DNA from: Candidatus Thorarchaeota archaeon
GTDB taxonomy: Archaea; Asgardarchaeota; Thorarchaeia; Thorarchaeales; Thorarchaeaceae
DNA: 24,000 bases
Assembly (NCBI GenBank): GCA_004524445.1
Contig: SDNP01000020.1
Location: 33,320-57,319 of the forward strand
Direction: 5' to 3'
The notes beneath the pieces were generated by a model. It saw only the letters and a program-made list of their open reading frames with translations. It did not search any database and had not been told where the DNA came from. A program made the translations under genes and the position numbers. Numbering within the stretch: position 1 is the first letter of the stretch; the number at the start of each line of letters is the position of its first letter. This document shows positions 1 through 8,691 of this stretch, piece after piece.

Positions 1-1
1 G

Positions 2-181
2 CTCGGTGGTACTGCGCTGCAAATCAATATCATCGATAGTGAAACTCTTAGAGATGCACAGAAACACCCCGATCAGTACTCCAATCTCTTGGTTCGCGTA
101 ACTGGCTACAATGCCTATTTCACCCAGATTGGCAGAGCGCTGCAAGAGGAAATCATATCCAGAACCGAACACAGGCTGTGA
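2..181 (+). CDS. Glycyl radical enzyme (PFL2/glycerol-dehydratase-like family), last 59 codons only; the gene begins upstream of the window
   Basis: Absent from the ORF track because there is no start codon in the window. My frame-2 translation is LGGTALQINIIDSETLRDAQKHPDQYSNLLVRVTGYNAYFTQIGRALQEEIISRTEHRL*. It contains the glycyl-radical loop R-V-x-G-Y (radical Gly codon 104-106) and the DAQKHP..Y and IISRTEH tail pattern of glycyl radical enzymes. The stop TGA at 179-181 overlaps ATG 181 of the activase gene. Confidence 0.85.
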   Translation, partial: LGGTALQINIIDSETLRDAQKHPDQYSNLLVRVTGYNAYFTQIGRALQEEIISRTEHRL

Positions 182-1158
182 TGGTTACGAACGGAATTAT
201 TACGAATATCCAACGATGTTCAACCGAAGATGGTCCTGGCATTCGAACTACTGTTTTCCTAAAGGGGTGCCCGCTATCCTGTCTTTGGTGTCACAATATT
301 GAAACAATCAGTCCCGACAAGCAAATTGTGTGGCATGGAGTGAAATGCATTGCTGACGAGGCATGTATCCAGGCGTGTCCGGAGGGGGCACTCAAATTGA
401 CGGCTGAGGGTATGCAGATCGACAAACAGAGGTGTATCCTTTGTGGAGCATGCGAAAATGTCTGTCCAACGGGCGCCATTGAGATAATGGGGACTGAGTG
501 GGAGGCACACGCCTTAGCAGAGGAATTGAAGAGAGATCGAGTCTTCTTTCAGACCTCCAATGGAGGTGTTACAATATCGGGAGGCGAACCATTAGCGCAA
601 CCCGCATTCACACAGGAGCTAGCCAGATTATTGAACCGTGATGGAGTTCATGTTGCATTGGATACAACTGGGTATGCCAGTGAACGTATTTGGAGAAACG
701 TTATTCGTCATGTGGACCTCATCCTCTTTGACCTTAAATTGATGGATGATAAGAAGCATAGAGAGTATACAGGTGTTGGTTTGGAAGCAATACATCGCAA
801 TGCGAAGATAATTAATGAATACAAGATACCGGTTTGGGTTCGAACACCGGTTATTCCTGGTCATACTGATGATGAAGACAATATACTGGAAATTGCTCAG
901 TTCATCAAGAAGAATATGCCAACATGCCAACGTTATGACTTGCTGGCTTTCAATAATATGTGCATCGAAAAATATGGTCTCTTTGGGCTTAAGTACCCGC
1001 TAAGAGGTTATGACTTGATAGAGAAGGATAAGATGGAGCAGCTGGCAAAAATTGCTCGGAACCAAGGAATTGAAAATGTTTGTTGGTCCGGGATGACACG
1101 TAGCGAAACAGAAACTAAGAATTCTCGGAGGATAGAGGAGGTTAAGAGCTGTGGATAA
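178..1158 (+). CDS. Glycyl-radical enzyme activating enzyme (radical SAM, with a ferredoxin-like two-cluster insert)
   Basis: The N-terminus GIITNIQRCSTEDGPGIRTTVFLKGCPLSCLWCHN is the GRE-activase signature and includes the CxxxCxxC radical-SAM motif. It is followed by CIADEACIQACP and CILCGACENVCP, two 4Fe-4S ferredoxin-type motifs, and by ISGGEPL (SAM binding). The start is GTG 178 or ATG 181, and either overlaps the upstream stop. Confidence 0.9.
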   Translation: MMVTNGIITNIQRCSTEDGPGIRTTVFLKGCPLSCLWCHNIETISPDKQIVWHGVKCIADEACIQACPEGALKLTAEGMQIDKQRCILCGACENVCPTGAIEIMGTEWEAHALAEELKRDRVFFQTSNGGVTISGGEPLAQPAFTQELARLLNRDGVHVALDTTGYASERIWRNVIRHVDLILFDLKLMDDKKHREYTGVGLEAIHRNAKIINEYKIPVWVRTPVIPGHTDDEDNILEIAQFIKKNMPTCQRYDLLAFNNMCIEKYGLFGLKYPLRGYDLIEKDKMEQLAKIARNQGIENVCWSGMTRSETETKNSRRIEEVKSCG

Positions 1159-1975
1159 TGTTATTCATGACGAATTGGAGAATGCAATGGCTCAATTCGA
1201 AAACCCAAAATTCATGTGTACCAAAGATGAAAATGAGGAGCCCAATATCGCGCTTGTCATGACCTGGACAGTATATGACCAAGATGCGCTTGTTTATGGC
1301 GACTTCATGACATACAAGACAAAAAATAACTTGGAGGCCGGAAATAATAAGCTGGGTCTTTGTGTCCTCACTCAGGATTTGGAAAATTGGATGATAAAGG
1401 CTGACTTCAAAGGGTACCATCGTAATGATGATGTTTACGAATTCATGGCTATGACCCCGCTATTCAGGTACAATCAATACACAAATGCAAGGGCGGCAGG
1501 TCTTGCACATGCCTTCTGGGCAAGCGAGAAGTATTCCCAATCAAAAATAGGAGTGCTATCCTCCTATGTGAAGGCAAGACTCTCAGCTCGAAAGGTCCCT
1601 CAGAAGCCCAGCGAAGAGGGAAATATGCCGCGAAATGTGAAAGACAGAATGGATAAAATGACAGCTGTCAAAGTTGTATGTTATATTGACAAAGATGGAT
1701 ACCCATCAGCATTTCCAGCGTTCGGTATGGCATCAGCCTCTGAGAATAGAATTGTATTGGATCGTGGACCCGAAATTGACCGGAATGCAGATTTAGTCGA
1801 TGGTCAAAGAGTCGCGATATCACTGGTGACCTTAGAACCTGCCGCTTTCCAATTAAAGGGAACATTCCGTGAATTGGATACGAAATCAGCGTACGTGGAA
1901 CTCGACCGTGTTTATACATGTTCTCTACCTCGACCCGGGCTCAGAGTCGATATACCGCTTCTGGAGCGATTGTAG
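1151..1975 (+). CDS. Conserved-looking protein of unknown function; possibly a tandem PNPOx-like (FMN-binding split beta-barrel) fold
   Basis: A 274-aa ORF. GTG 1151 lies 9 nt after GGAGG (1137-1141) and overlaps the activase stop by 8 nt. The two halves (about residues 1-135 and 150-274) each resemble the pyridoxamine-5'-phosphate-oxidase-like pattern, e.g. VVCYIDKDGYPSAFPAF...RVAISLVT...FQLKGTF. The fold call is by eye only. Confidence 0.55.
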   Translation: MDNVIHDELENAMAQFENPKFMCTKDENEEPNIALVMTWTVYDQDALVYGDFMTYKTKNNLEAGNNKLGLCVLTQDLENWMIKADFKGYHRNDDVYEFMAMTPLFRYNQYTNARAAGLAHAFWASEKYSQSKIGVLSSYVKARLSARKVPQKPSEEGNMPRNVKDRMDKMTAVKVVCYIDKDGYPSAFPAFGMASASENRIVLDRGPEIDRNADLVDGQRVAISLVTLEPAAFQLKGTFRELDTKSAYVELDRVYTCSLPRPGLRVDIPLLERL

Positions 1976-2039
1976 CTATCTTCAGATCACCGTAATGATT
2001 ATGATTTGAGCGTCCTATACCCCCTAAGGCGGCTGTGAT

Positions 2040-2570
2040 ATGGAAAGATATGAATACCAAGGCAAGGCCGGTAAAGAAATCATTGTACGCCATGCTCGTT
2101 CCAGCGACGCTGAGGATATGCGGGCAGAATTTTGCAGAGTCGTTGAAGAGTCAAAATGGCTACCAATATTGACAGCCACCTCTAGAAGAGCTGATTGGAT
2201 AGATTGGATTCATAGGGCTATCCATACCCGTGAGTTTCTCTTGGTAGCCACAATATTAGATAGCTATGTTGGACATCTATCTTTGCAGCCTGAGGAATGG
2301 GGAGCGTCTCAACATGTTGCGAAATTGGGAATTATTGTAAAACAGGAAATGCGTGGGCATGGTGTGGGGCGGGCCCTGATGCTGGCTGCTGAAGAAGTCG
2401 CGATTTCTAATAATTATGAAAAGATAATTCTTAGTACATTTGCCAATAATGTTGCCGCATTGCAGCTCTATGAATCAATTGGCTATTCCAAAGTTGGTAA
2501 GCGATTGCGTCACTTCAAGATGCCCAAAGGATATATTGATGAAATACTTATGGAGAAGCTGCTTCAATAG
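2040..2570 (+). CDS. GNAT family N-acetyltransferase
   Basis: A 176-aa ORF with the acetyl-CoA binding motif QEMRGHGVGRALMLAAEE (Q/RxxGxG/A) and a GNAT-like beta-strand pattern (IILSTFANNVAALQLYESIGY). Confidence 0.8.
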   Translation: MERYEYQGKAGKEIIVRHARSSDAEDMRAEFCRVVEESKWLPILTATSRRADWIDWIHRAIHTREFLLVATILDSYVGHLSLQPEEWGASQHVAKLGIIVKQEMRGHGVGRALMLAAEEVAISNNYEKIILSTFANNVAALQLYESIGYSKVGKRLRHFKMPKGYIDEILMEKLLQ

Positions 2571-2597
2571 GTTTTGATAATCGAGGAGAATCTCGTC

Positions 2598-3107
2598 ATG
2601 TGGAGGAAAATAAACGACCACTTTCAGGACTCACCCCAAAGACTCGAAGTGGCTAAGGCATTCATTCGACATGGGTTTTCGGTCGCTGCACCGGGTGATA
2701 TCCGCTGCGGAGATATTCATATTCCCCTAAAGTCGGTAGGAGATGCGCTAGGGGTTGATAGGAGAACAGTCAGAGCCACTACCCAAGATATTTGTGATGA
2801 TGCCCAGCTATTCACTTTCTTCTCAAGACTTGAGCCAGCAGGTGCTTCACTCGAAAAAGTCAGTAGGTCCCTAGGATATGGCGTTGTCACCATTTATGTT
2901 GAATCTCCCGAAAATCCCGGAATTCTCTCCGAAGTAACATCTACTATAGCTGGCTACGGCATTGCTATAAGACAGGTTCTAGCTGAAGATGTTGCCATTT
3001 ATCAGCAGCCCTGTCTCAAAGTCATAACCGAAGAACGGTTGCCAGGGGCTGCTATTGATATACTCACGGACATAAAAGGTGTCAGTAAAGTCATCATAAC
3101 GACATAG
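2598..3107 (+). CDS. ACT-domain regulatory protein (COG2150-like archaeal amino-acid-binding regulator)
   Basis: An N-terminal HTH-like segment is followed by a C-terminal ACT-like segment, VVTIYVESPENPGILSEVTSTIAGYGIAIRQVLAED...LKVITEERLPGAAI. The track ORF starts at TTG 2574. I prefer ATG 2598 because GAGGAG (2583-2588) sits 9 nt upstream of it. Confidence 0.65.
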   Translation: MWRKINDHFQDSPQRLEVAKAFIRHGFSVAAPGDIRCGDIHIPLKSVGDALGVDRRTVRATTQDICDDAQLFTFFSRLEPAGASLEKVSRSLGYGVVTIYVESPENPGILSEVTSTIAGYGIAIRQVLAEDVAIYQQPCLKVITEERLPGAAIDILTDIKGVSKVIITT

Positions 3108-3306
3108 AGTTATGATTTTCACAATGTTCAATATCTCACATCTTGGCGCAGTAGTAGTCGCTTTTGGTCCAATGCCAATAAACGAACAATCAGGCACAGA
3201 ATAGGAACATCTCTTCTTCTCTCCTGAGAAGCCCATGTAATCTCTTTCTCCTATAGAGGTTTGAAATATCTTATTACCGTAGCCATGATTTGTCTAGTGG
3301 ATACAA

Positions 3307-4116
3307 ATGAGTTCCGCGAAGTATGATGATGTCCGGCAGATTCTCGATGCAGCAGAAAGGCATGGAATCAAGTTAAGAGTGCTGGGAGGCCTTGCAATTA
3401 GAAAGCATTGCTATGAAATTGATTTCTGTGAGCGTGACTATGCGGATATTGACCTTGTGGGTCTCAGCAGGCAGTCATCTGATATTGTGAAATTGATGCT
3501 GCAACTAGGATATGAAGAAGTTCGGTCAATGACTTACGCCACTGGTGGTACTAGGCTTCTATTCACGAAACCGGAATCTCCCTTGCACATTGACGTGTTT
3601 CTGGACCAGCTCAATATTGAGCATGCTATTGATCTCAGAACGCGATTGGATATAGAGGATGAAACCATCTCAGTAACCGACCTTCTTCTGGCTAAATTAA
3701 CAATTACAAGAATCAACGAAAAAGATCTCCGCGACATTGTGACCCTTCTAAAAGACTTGAGCTATGGAGAAGAAGATGAGCATGGAATGATAAATTGGAG
3801 ATATATTGTATCCCTGTGTTCCAGGAGGTGGGGGCTGTATACGGATGTCATTTTGACAATTGACCGAATTATTTCTCTGCTGAAGGATTATGAAATGACC
3901 GATTCTTCCAGAAAGCCAGTATTATCAAGATTGAAGCATTTGCGAGATCAAATTGTTAATGCGCCGAAGAGCATCAGATGGAAGTTGAGAGCCATACTTG
4001 GAACGCGGTTTTCATGGAGGCGTCCCGTTGAAGCAGAGACCATCACTTCCACATCTCTGGATGTTGAGCTGGCAAAGAAAAAACGGATATCACTTGATGA
4101 GGATAGATTTGCCTAA
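3307..4116 (+). CDS. Putative nucleotidyltransferase-fold protein (uncharacterised NTase family)
   Basis: A 269-aa ORF. The N-terminal segment LRVLGGLAIRKHCYEIDFCERDYADIDLVG resembles the G-[GS]...DxD minimal nucleotidyltransferase pattern, as in NTP_transf_5-like proteins. No partner antitoxin-like gene is adjacent. Confidence 0.45.
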   Translation: MSSAKYDDVRQILDAAERHGIKLRVLGGLAIRKHCYEIDFCERDYADIDLVGLSRQSSDIVKLMLQLGYEEVRSMTYATGGTRLLFTKPESPLHIDVFLDQLNIEHAIDLRTRLDIEDETISVTDLLLAKLTITRINEKDLRDIVTLLKDLSYGEEDEHGMINWRYIVSLCSRRWGLYTDVILTIDRIISLLKDYEMTDSSRKPVLSRLKHLRDQIVNAPKSIRWKLRAILGTRFSWRRPVEAETITSTSLDVELAKKKRISLDEDRFA

Positions 4117-4131
4117 CGCGAATCAATTTTG

Positions 4132-4971
4132 TCAGATAAACTCTGCAGCAACATAAGCAACGACATTTCCGTTATCGCCTGTCACATCCCCTGAGTTGGA
4201 ATACTTAAGTAAGTTGAACTCGATAGCACCCAATTCTTTGGCAAAGACAAGTGCAGTTGTGATTGGTGCTGCGCCGCAAATACTAACTCTATGACTAGTA
4301 ACGAAATTTAGAAATCCCTCAGGATCTAAGAACTCCAAGAATTCCATCGCTTGGTTGTCTTTCTTTCTGGCACTATCCGATGATTCAAAATGCGTGAAGT
4401 CCGAGCTGGCAATGACTAAGATATCATCATCTTCAGCCAAGGAAGCGATCGTTTCACCGAGCGATTTACATACATCATAGTTCTGTGTGCCCATGCACAT
4501 TGGAACAAAGGAAATGGGCGCATCAAACACATACTGAATGAATGGTAGCTGTACCTCAATAGAATGTTCCGAACTGTGTGCAATACAATCTGGAGCTGCA
4601 TACTGATTTCTTTGTATGATCTCGGGACCAATCTCAGTATCATATTCAACTTCACCTAAAGGCGTCAGCCAGTCATCATTGCAAACTGCAACTCTTTCTC
4701 CCTGACCAGTATGGTTGGGACCGATTATAACAATATGACTGGGTCTTCCATCCCTGAATAAATCGAGATAACTATGTGCTGCCGTCATACCAGAATAGAC
4801 ATAGCCTGCGTGAGGAGCTATCAAAGCCTTGATGTTTCTTCTGTTACCAGGTTCACCCTCAGGGACTTCTCCTGGTCCCATATTTCCAGTGAAGGACTCA
4901 CGAAGTCTCTTCAATAGCATGTCTTCGGTGCCTTCATAGAATTTACCGGCTACTACTGGCATTCTTGTCAT
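4132..4971 (-). CDS. amrB: AmmeMemoRadiSam system protein B (MEMO1 family)
   Basis: The N-terminus PVVAGKFYEG plus IAPHAGYVYSG, IIGPNHTG, SEHSIEVQLPF and SSDFTHF are the characteristic Memo-family His/Asp motifs. GGAG (4979-4982) lies 7 nt upstream of ATG 4971. Confidence 0.85.
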   Translation of the reverse strand: MTRMPVVAGKFYEGTEDMLLKRLRESFTGNMGPGEVPEGEPGNRRNIKALIAPHAGYVYSGMTAAHSYLDLFRDGRPSHIVIIGPNHTGQGERVAVCNDDWLTPLGEVEYDTEIGPEIIQRNQYAAPDCIAHSSEHSIEVQLPFIQYVFDAPISFVPMCMGTQNYDVCKSLGETIASLAEDDDILVIASSDFTHFESSDSARKKDNQAMEFLEFLDPEGFLNFVTSHRVSICGAAPITTALVFAKELGAIEFNLLKYSNSGDVTGDNGNVVAYVAAEFI

Positions 4972-5070
4972 TGTGCTTCTCCTTGTCCTCTATGAAACCC
5001 TTGGACAAAAAGCTTTATGTTCCGTTAGAAAGGAAATGCCTAGAACGCTTACCATAGAGTACGAACTAGT

Positions 5071-6381
5071 TCACCTTTCAAGAAGCTCTGGAAGTGCATT
5101 TCTGAATTCTTTCAGATTAACCGTTTCTGTTTCCTTCGTTTTCATGTTTCGAAGACTGACTACTCCTTTCTTCAAATCTCGTTCTCCAACGATAATCGTA
5201 TAGGATGCATTTTTTGAGTCTGCAAGCTCCAGTAATGTTCCAAGTGGCCTATCCATCAAATCAATATCACACTTGAAATCCATCTCGACCAAGATGTTCC
5301 TCAGCCTCATTCCATGCTTTACCATATCTCGGTTAATGGGCGCAAAGAACACATCGAGGTCTGTTTCTAGTTTTGACGCATAATCTTGTTCGAGCAAGAT
5401 ATCAACAATTCTATCAAGTCCGAGTGAGATACCCGTGGCTGGTGTTGAGGGGCCGCCAAACTTCTCAACTAGGTTGTCATATCTACCACCTGCGAGAATT
5501 GAGCCTACGTCGGGTTCACCAAGATATTTGCCCTCAAAGACAGGTCCGGTATAGTAGTCGAGTCCCCGCGCGAGTGATATATCGAATTCTATGTACTCGT
5601 TAACCTCGCAACTGTCAAAGATATCTGCCATGAACTCCAATTCTGCAGTTCCCTCCAACCCTATCTTACTGCCCTTGAGAATCTGGCGAAATTCCGAAAA
5701 AATGGCTTTGTTTTTCCCTTTGACACCCACAACTCCCAGCAAGAATTCTGTTGCGGATTCACTAATCCCCCTCTTTTGGAGTTCATCTTGGACTCCATTC
5801 TTTCCTATTTTCTCTAGCTTGTCCATTGCTCTGAAGCATCCATTGGCTAAATTCTCAGAGACTCCAGCAACCTCTATGAGGCCTCGTAGAACCTTTCTGT
5901 TGTTTACTTTTACAATGTAGTCCTTTCCGAATGTTCTCCTTGCGAACTCCAATGCTAATAACACGACTTCTGCGTCAGCCGCTGGGCTGTCCGAACCGAT
6001 GATATCCGCGTCAGCTTGGAGGAACTCTCTGTATCTCCCTGCCTGAGGTCTATCATAGCGCCACGCCTTGCCAATTGCATAGCGTTTGAATGGTTTTGGC
6101 AAATGCAGATTCGATGCAACAATTCTAGCAAGCGGGACAGTCAGATCAAAGCGCAGTCCTACCTCTCGGTCACCCTTGTCTGTGAATTTGAAAGTTTCAG
6201 CTTCAACTTCTTCGCCTCCCTTGGCTGACAGTGTTTCCCAGAGCTCCATGGCCGGGGAGTCAAGCGGTTCATATCCGTAACAAGTGAAGACATCGACGGC
6301 AATGCTCTTCAGATAGTTCCTAATTTCCATCTCTGGGCCCAAGAGGTCTCTCATGCCTCTGACTGTCTGTAATTCACTCAA
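5071..6381 (-). CDS. hisS: Histidine--tRNA ligase
   Basis: VRGMRDLLG at the N-terminus, class II motif 2 WRYDRPQAGRYREFLQ, motif 3 region AGGRYDNLV and GISLGLDRI, followed by an anticodon-binding C-terminal domain. TTG start at 6381, with GGAGGA (6389-6394) 7 nt upstream. Confidence 0.95.
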   Translation of the reverse strand: MSELQTVRGMRDLLGPEMEIRNYLKSIAVDVFTCYGYEPLDSPAMELWETLSAKGGEEVEAETFKFTDKGDREVGLRFDLTVPLARIVASNLHLPKPFKRYAIGKAWRYDRPQAGRYREFLQADADIIGSDSPAADAEVVLLALEFARRTFGKDYIVKVNNRKVLRGLIEVAGVSENLANGCFRAMDKLEKIGKNGVQDELQKRGISESATEFLLGVVGVKGKNKAIFSEFRQILKGSKIGLEGTAELEFMADIFDSCEVNEYIEFDISLARGLDYYTGPVFEGKYLGEPDVGSILAGGRYDNLVEKFGGPSTPATGISLGLDRIVDILLEQDYASKLETDLDVFFAPINRDMVKHGMRLRNILVEMDFKCDIDLMDRPLGTLLELADSKNASYTIIVGERDLKKGVVSLRNMKTKETETVNLKEFRNALPELLER

Positions 6382-6556
6382 AATGAAGTCCTCCGTATGC
6401 TTACTTGCGTATCGCCTGGGAAAGCTTGAATGCCTGTTGCTATGTCACAAAAGAATATGAACAAATCCACCAGCTTTCACTTCAGGCACCAAGGAAGATG
6501 GGCCTGATTTGAACTTTAAGTCTTATGTTAAATCATTAAATATGCATGATTGGTCT

Positions 6557-7888
6557 CTACATAGGCACTATGCCTGCAAAAAGCAGCAGCAAGTATACGA
6601 TTACACCAATGCCCATGAGAAGTGAGTCCCTGCCAACAATTTTCAGCAATTTCTTTTCCCGTGCTGCTGTATATGCATAGATTATCTTATTGAAAACCGA
6701 CGTTGTAGTGGCGATTATGACTGCATAGACTGCTGTTGATAATGTGATGGTTCCAGTTGCGAGAGCAGGTGCAACGATTGCAACAACCGCGCCTGCTGAA
6801 ACAAACCCTCCAAATACAGCTGCTATTATGATTCCCACATCACTGAAATATTGCTGAAGTAGGAGTGACATGTATGTTACAAATGTGAACACTGCGGCAA
6901 ATCGAAGGGCTGCACCGAATTCGAATGGTGAAACGAATTTCGTATCGATTTCGATTTCTTGCGGCTCCTTGCGTACTCTGCTTTCATATACAAAACGAAA
7001 CGCGCCAACTATAAGTAAAATAGCAATCGGAACGAGATAGAATCGAATTATCTGGAGTGTCGGATCCAGAAGAATGACAATCACTCCATTCCGTAGAACC
7101 ATTGCAAGATTTGCTAGGATTGTTGATAGAGATATCCTTCCTGGGTGTTCTCTACCCGTCTTGACATAGAAATCTGCAAGGCTTGATACTGTTGCCTCAC
7201 TGTTTGCGAATCCGCCAAAGAACCCAAAGAAATACACTCCTCTATTCTTGTACTTCTTGACTAGAATGTAATTTGCAAAACTAATCGCCAATAAGAGGAC
7301 TACCAATGCATATGTCTGGAATAATGGAAATGTAACTTCTGCGAGTTCAATACTTTGTGGAATTAGAGGCCAGAAGAAGAGGATTAGGACACCCAATTCC
7401 GCAGCAGAAATCATTTCATCGCGTGTGACAACCGCAACTGCTGCAGCTATGTCCTCCTTGAATCCAAGTACTAGAAAGACAAGAAAGGCAATCGTCATTG
7501 CTAGCACCTGAAGGGTGCCTACTAACTGTCCTTCGGGCGGAGTATCAAGACCGACCAAGGCTCCCAGAACGAATGACATGGCGAAAACAAGAGAAGTTGT
7601 TAATCCCTTGCGCATTGTTCGTAAAATCTTGTATGTGACATGTAGGGACACAATTACAATGGAAATTGCCGTTCCATAAATCAAGATGATTGGGTTTCCC
7701 GTGACTGTGAATGTATAGGCGGCTAGAGTCCCGAGTAGGCTGTGTAGACCAAATGATCGAACGCCTACTGTGGATTCTTCTATCATCCTTTTTTGACGTT
7801 CTAAGCCAATGAGCCCACCAACTGCGAATCCGATTAAAAGGCGAAGGACTAAATTTGGGCTTAGCAGTAGGCTAGGGTCTATTTGCAT
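6557..7888 (-). CDS. MgtC/SapB-family membrane protein with an extended polytopic C-terminal (DUF4010-like) domain
   Basis: A 443-aa, highly hydrophobic protein. The N-terminal segment LLIGFAVGGLIGLERQKR is the MgtC-family motif, and multiple predicted TM helices follow. Confidence 0.7.
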   Translation of the reverse strand: MQIDPSLLLSPNLVLRLLIGFAVGGLIGLERQKRMIEESTVGVRSFGLHSLLGTLAAYTFTVTGNPIILIYGTAISIVIVSLHVTYKILRTMRKGLTTSLVFAMSFVLGALVGLDTPPEGQLVGTLQVLAMTIAFLVFLVLGFKEDIAAAVAVVTRDEMISAAELGVLILFFWPLIPQSIELAEVTFPLFQTYALVVLLLAISFANYILVKKYKNRGVYFFGFFGGFANSEATVSSLADFYVKTGREHPGRISLSTILANLAMVLRNGVIVILLDPTLQIIRFYLVPIAILLIVGAFRFVYESRVRKEPQEIEIDTKFVSPFEFGAALRFAAVFTFVTYMSLLLQQYFSDVGIIIAAVFGGFVSAGAVVAIVAPALATGTITLSTAVYAVIIATTTSVFNKIIYAYTAAREKKLLKIVGRDSLLMGIGVIVYLLLLFAGIVPM

Positions 7889-7958
7889 CGGAAATCACGG
7901 GAAGAACCCTTGTGAATTTCCTCACATTTAAGCTGTACCATTACAGACATCACTACAG

Positions 7959-7971
7959 CTTTTTGAAAAAG
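7959..7971 (-). terminator. Oligo-T tract or palindrome (CTTTTTGAAAAAG) downstream of rpoK
   Basis: It presents T5 on both strands about 20-30 nt after the rpoK stop (7991-7993). Archaeal termination typically occurs at oligo-T runs. Confidence 0.35.
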
Positions 7972-7990
7972 AGAGCAAGGCTGAAGATTT

Positions 7991-8668
7991 TCAATCCAGC
8001 CTTGTATTTCTTAGAAGAACGCTCAATGGAATATCCTTGTACTCACCAGTAGGCAGAGTACGACGAACTGTCATCGGGAGAGCTCCCGATGTAAGCTCAG
8101 TTTCAGCGATGGCAAAAAGCTCTGAAGCTGCTTCACTGGTGTCTACTAGCATGGGTGCTCCCATGGATATCTGAAGCGCTCGAGCTCCTACTATACGCGC
8201 CTTCTCGAATCTAGTCAGCCACTTTGGACCAATATGAATACCAAGCTCATCTTTTTCCTTATCGAGACCAGTCACGAGACTGGTGCGCTCCATTTCAGCT
8301 TCCAATTCCTCCGCAGGTGGCATACCCACGGTTTCAGGGTCAGGCTCTTGAGCTCGCCTTCTCCTTGCTCTTCTTGCTCTGGCTCTAGCTCTGAGGTCCA
8401 GAGACCCCTTTCTCCGAAGAACTTTGCGTAGTTTTCTAGCTTCGGTGATGACTTCTTCAGCTTTTGAAATGCTAATTCCAGATACTGCCTCTGCCATTGC
8501 CTCAGCCTCGGCTTCAGCCAAGCTGTCTACTGTATTGTAGTCTTCATCGAATAGCTTCTGAACTGTCTTTGGACCTATTCCTGGAATATGTTCAAAGATT
8601 TCCTTTGTTCTCTCTTTCGAGAGATCCAGTTCTTTTTTGTCATCATCGTTCTTGGGGTCTTCTGGCAT
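7991..8668 (-). CDS. rpoK: DNA-directed RNA polymerase subunit K (Rpo6/omega family) with an N-terminal (HhH)2 domain and an Arg-rich linker
   Basis: The C-terminal 78 aa read [26 protein letters not shown]...[15 protein letters not shown], the canonical RpoK/Rpb6 core. N-terminal residues 27-75 read [13 protein letters not shown]...[13 protein letters not shown], two helix-hairpin-helix motifs. [14 protein letters not shown] is encoded at 8351-8392. GGTG lies 8 nt upstream of ATG 8668. Confidence 0.85.
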   Translation of the reverse strand: MPEDPKNDDDKKELDLSKERTKEIFEHIPGIGPKTVQKLFDEDYNTVDSLAEAEAEAMAEAVSGISISKAEEVITEARKLRKVLRRKGSLDLRARARARRARRRRAQEPDPETVGMPPAEELEAEMERTSLVTGLDKEKDELGIHIGPKWLTRFEKARIVGARALQISMGAPMLVDTSEAASELFAIAETELTSGALPMTVRRTLPTGEYKDIPLSVLLRNTRLD

Positions 8669-8691
8669 TTATGGTACACCTTCAACTGATT

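Noticed and set aside
111-510. ORFs 111-302 (+), 274-510 (-) and 291-479 (-) around the GRE/activase junction
   Set aside because: They overlap the unmistakable GRE C-terminus and the activase radical-SAM motif region in other frames, so they are spurious.
833-850. A GGGTTCGAACACC string resembling a tRNA T-arm
   Set aside because: It lies inside the activase coding frame (VWVRTPV). No acceptor stem, D-arm or anticodon-arm complementarity surrounds it.
2979-3236. An 85-aa minus-strand ORF overlapping the 3' end of the ACT-domain gene and the 3108-3306 intergenic region, together with the small hairpin CTTCTC-TCCT-GAGAAG at 3216-3231
   Set aside because: Half of the ORF is antisense to a supported gene, and it has no SD or recognisable motif. 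The hairpin is short, lacks a flanking T-tract and sits about 110 nt from the nearest stop, so I do not call it a terminator.
5373-6280. Plus-strand ORFs (5373-5603, 5591-5920, 6016-6228, 6086-6280, and also 4973-5203) antisense to hisS
   Set aside because: These are shadow ORFs inside a complete class II aaRS gene. Their translated sequences are Ser/Pro/Arg-rich with no domain features.
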